A DNA stretch of 64,000 bases, taken from positions 62,001 to 126,000 of the forward strand of contig MU058345.1 of assembly GCA_013265495.1 (NCBI GenBank), read 5' to 3'. Position 1 is the stretch's first letter. Every line of letters begins with the position of its first letter. Under the pieces are notes generated by a model, which was given only the letters and a program-made list of their open reading frames with translations, ran no database searches and was not told the DNA's origin. This document shows, piece after piece, positions 61,665-64,000 of the stretch. The position numbers were made by a program, and so were the translations under genes. This DNA is from Vicugna vicugna. Taxonomy: Eukaryota.

Positions 61665-63540
61665 ACATTCAGTCTTTTCAAAGTACCAGGCACTTTTTCT
61701 AGGTGGTGAGGATACAGCAATGAACAAAATGGGGAAAAAATCCCTACCTTCATGGACCTTGTGAGGCTCACGTCAGGGAGAGAGACAGTACATAAATTGA
61801 TATGTGAAATATCTGGCAAGTTGGATGTTGACAGGTGCTATGGGGATAATAAAGCAACAGAAAGGGATCTGGAACGCGGTGGGGCAGTGATGCGATTTTA
61901 AGTCATGTGATGAGGGAGGAACCTACTCAGATGGTGATAACTGAGAAAGGATCTAAAGGACACAAAGGAGCAGACATATTAAAGGGGGAGAGCATTCCAG
62001 GCCGCCCATACTTTTGACCAACTGGCTACAGATTCGAGGGTTCCCACAGCCTTTTCAAGTTCAATAATTTGACAGACCTCACACAATTCAAGAAAGTGCC
62101 ACATTTAGTTACAGCTTTATTGTCAAAGGATAAAAATCAGGACCAACCAAATGAAGAGACCACACAGGGCAAGGCCTAAGAGGGTCTCAGGTACAGAGCT
62201 CCCAATCTACCTGCAGAAGCAAGCCATCACCCCCCAGAACGTCAGGGCATTCCTCAACCGGGAGCCCCCCCAGGGCCCCGAGTTTTTTTTATTACTGGGT
62301 TTTTGGGCCGGTGATGGAACTCAGCCTCCAGGCCCCTCCTCTCCCTGGAGGTGAGCAGGTCAGGTCAGCCTGCTATCAATGTGACCTCTCATCACGCCTG
62401 GCCCCACCTGAGTCACTTCATTAGCATAAAGCCAGGTGTGGCCCTAGGGCCCACCTTGAATAACAAAGACTCTTAACATTTGGGAAATTCCAAGGGTTTA
62501 GAATCCCTGTCCCAGGAACCCCAGACAAAGACCAGACAGATTATTACAGGACCTTGAAGGAATCCCAGGACTTGGGTTTTTACTTTGAATGACACGGAAA
62601 GCCAGTGGCAGGTTTGGGGCAGAAGTGACATGATGATAATTGCTGTTGTAACAGAACCATTCTGGCTGCTCTGGGTTAAGAATGGACTGTGAGAGGAAAG
62701 GGAAGAGGCAGGGAGACCCTTTAGGCTGCTACTGCAGTGATCCAGATGCAAGATGATGGCGTGGGCCGCAGTGGTACCAGTGGAGGCCACATGGAGTGTC
62801 CCTGCAATTATTTTGAAGTTAGAACTAGCAGGAGTCACTGCTGGATTGGATGCAGGGTGAGAGAGAAAGAACAGAGAGGAGGATGACTCTGGAGTTTGTC
62901 TTTGAGAACCTGGAGGAGTGAAGTCATCATTGACTGAGAGGACCAGGTTTGGACATGTTATGTCTGAGATGCCAATTAGACATCCAGTTGGAGATGCTGA
63001 ATAAGCAGTTTGACGGATGTGACTGGCGTGTGAGGGAAAGATCTGAGCTGGGCAGAACTGTTGGACCGTCAGTGTAGAGACGGCATTTAAAACTATATAA
63101 CTGGATGAATTCACTGGGAGAGTGCATAGAGAGGAAGAGAGCCCAGGACAGGCCCCAGGAACCTTGAATCACTCCCACTGGCAGATCAGGAGGAACCAGC
63201 CAAGGAGACTGTGGACGGGGCAGGGGAGCTGGAGAAGAACCAGGAGGGCCTGGGGTCCCGCAAGCGCAGGGACGCATCAGTCAACTGTAACAATTGCTAC
63301 TGATCCATCCAGCAAGATAAGGACGAAGAGGAGGATTACTGTTGGATTTAGCAACTTGGAGGTCACTGGTGACCTTGACCAGAAAAGTTCTGGTGCGAGT
63401 TCATGAGAGAATGGGAGAGGAATTGTGCGTACAGCCTCTCTGCCGTAGCGCTGCTATAGGGGCGAGGAGAGAAAGGGGGCTGAGTCTGGGGTCCAAGGAG
63501 TTCTTAAAGGGGGGAGAAAAGGCAGCCCATTTGTATGCAG
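61665..63540 (-). mobile_element. Long L2a-like fragment interrupted by an LTR
   Basis: ggatacagcaatgaacaaaa...gagcattccagg [LTR] ...gatccagatgcaagatgatgg...tttggacatgttatgtctgagatgccaattagacatcc...ggatttagcaacttggaggtcactggtgaccttgac. Confidence 0.88.
62003..62548. mobile_element. MER21-family LTR fragment nested in L2
   Basis: tgaccaactggctacagattcgagggttcccac...ggaaattccaagggtttaga...caggaaccccagacaaagacca...attaca match recalled MER21. Confidence 0.75.
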
Positions 63541-63559
63541 ATGCCTGTGGAGGGGAAAT

Positions 63560-63755
63560 AGCAGTTTAAGAAACTCTCGGGATGTTTGGTCATGGGAAGA
63601 GGAGACTCCGGGGGCATGTCGTAACTCCTCACATGCTTAAAGGACTGTCATATGGAAGAGAATTAGATTCATTTTATATGACTCCAGAGAGAAGAGCGAG
63701 GATGGTTAGAAGCTACAAAGAGGAGGATTGGAGCGCAGACTAAATAAGAATTCTG
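63560..63755 (+). mobile_element. L3/CR1 LINE fragment
   Basis: gggatgtttggtcatgggaagaggagact...aaggactgtcatatggaagagaattagatt...ctccagagagaagagc...agaagctacaaagagg. Confidence 0.65.
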
Positions 63756-64000
63756 GGCACCCATTTATTTATTCATCCCAGAAATCAGCATTGAATGCCT
63801 CCTCGGTGACAGGCACTGGTCTGGGCACCACGGAGAGAGACATCAGCAAGACTCAGCCGTTCGTGGCTAGTGGGAGAGAACCACGCAGGCGATCGGTTGG
63901 AATACGGGTGGAAACTGCTGACGAGGGCTCGTGTGTCTGGCTGGGGAAGGGCACCGGCTGGGGAAGTGGGGGTTCAGGGAAAGGTCAGGCGGGGCAGGGG

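Larger units (their letters stand above)
16167..64000 (+). other. KIRREL1: KIRREL1 intron 1 (partial, runs off the window)
   Basis: Starts at the GT donor. No sequence encoding exon 2 (GTQTRFSQEPAD...) appears in the ORF track or by eye. Human KIRREL1 is known to have a very long first intron. Confidence 0.88.

Noticed and set aside
1..64000. Enrichment of TEAD (CATTCC) and AP-1 (TGASTCA) sites, given that KIRREL1 is a reported YAP/TAZ target
   Set aside because: Scattered matches exist (for example CATTCC at 14451, TGAGTCA at 11152), but the numbers seen by eye are close to chance expectation for 6-7-mers and some lie in repeats.
1..64000. CRISPR arrays, operons or other prokaryotic or viral systems
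   Set aside because: No regularly spaced repeat-spacer array or gene-dense coding region was seen; the repeat content is entirely mammalian.

Overview
This is mammalian genomic DNA, most likely from a camelid: it carries tRNA-Ala-derived SINEs and cetartiodactyl-type L1 3' ends, and I saw no BovB/Bov-tA, PRE-1 or Alu. The window covers about 15 kb upstream of KIRREL1 (NEPH1), its CpG-island promoter, coding exon 1 (16115-16166, + strand, signal peptide MLSLLVWILTLSDTFSQ-G) and the first ~48 kb of intron 1. Exon 2 is not in the window. The rest is ordinary interspersed repeat (MIR, L2, L3, L1, MaLR and MER21 LTRs, hAT elements), microsatellites and several enhancer-like blocks. The most interesting signal is at 50245-50393, an intronic, partly MIR-derived segment that translates to a close match of the long rodent Neph1 N-terminus as I recall it. 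It has a good acceptor in frame with exon 1 but carries a 1-nt frameshift and a non-GT donor, so it looks like a proto- or pseudo-exon of a lineage-specific signal-peptide exon. Other notable items are a ~137-bp CpG-retaining palindrome upstream, paired RFX X-boxes, five co-oriented CTCF-like motifs, a chimeric L1 3' end and a diverged ~235-bp direct duplication. Repeat family names and reference protein sequences are recalled from memory, not from a search; most repeat boundaries are approximate.
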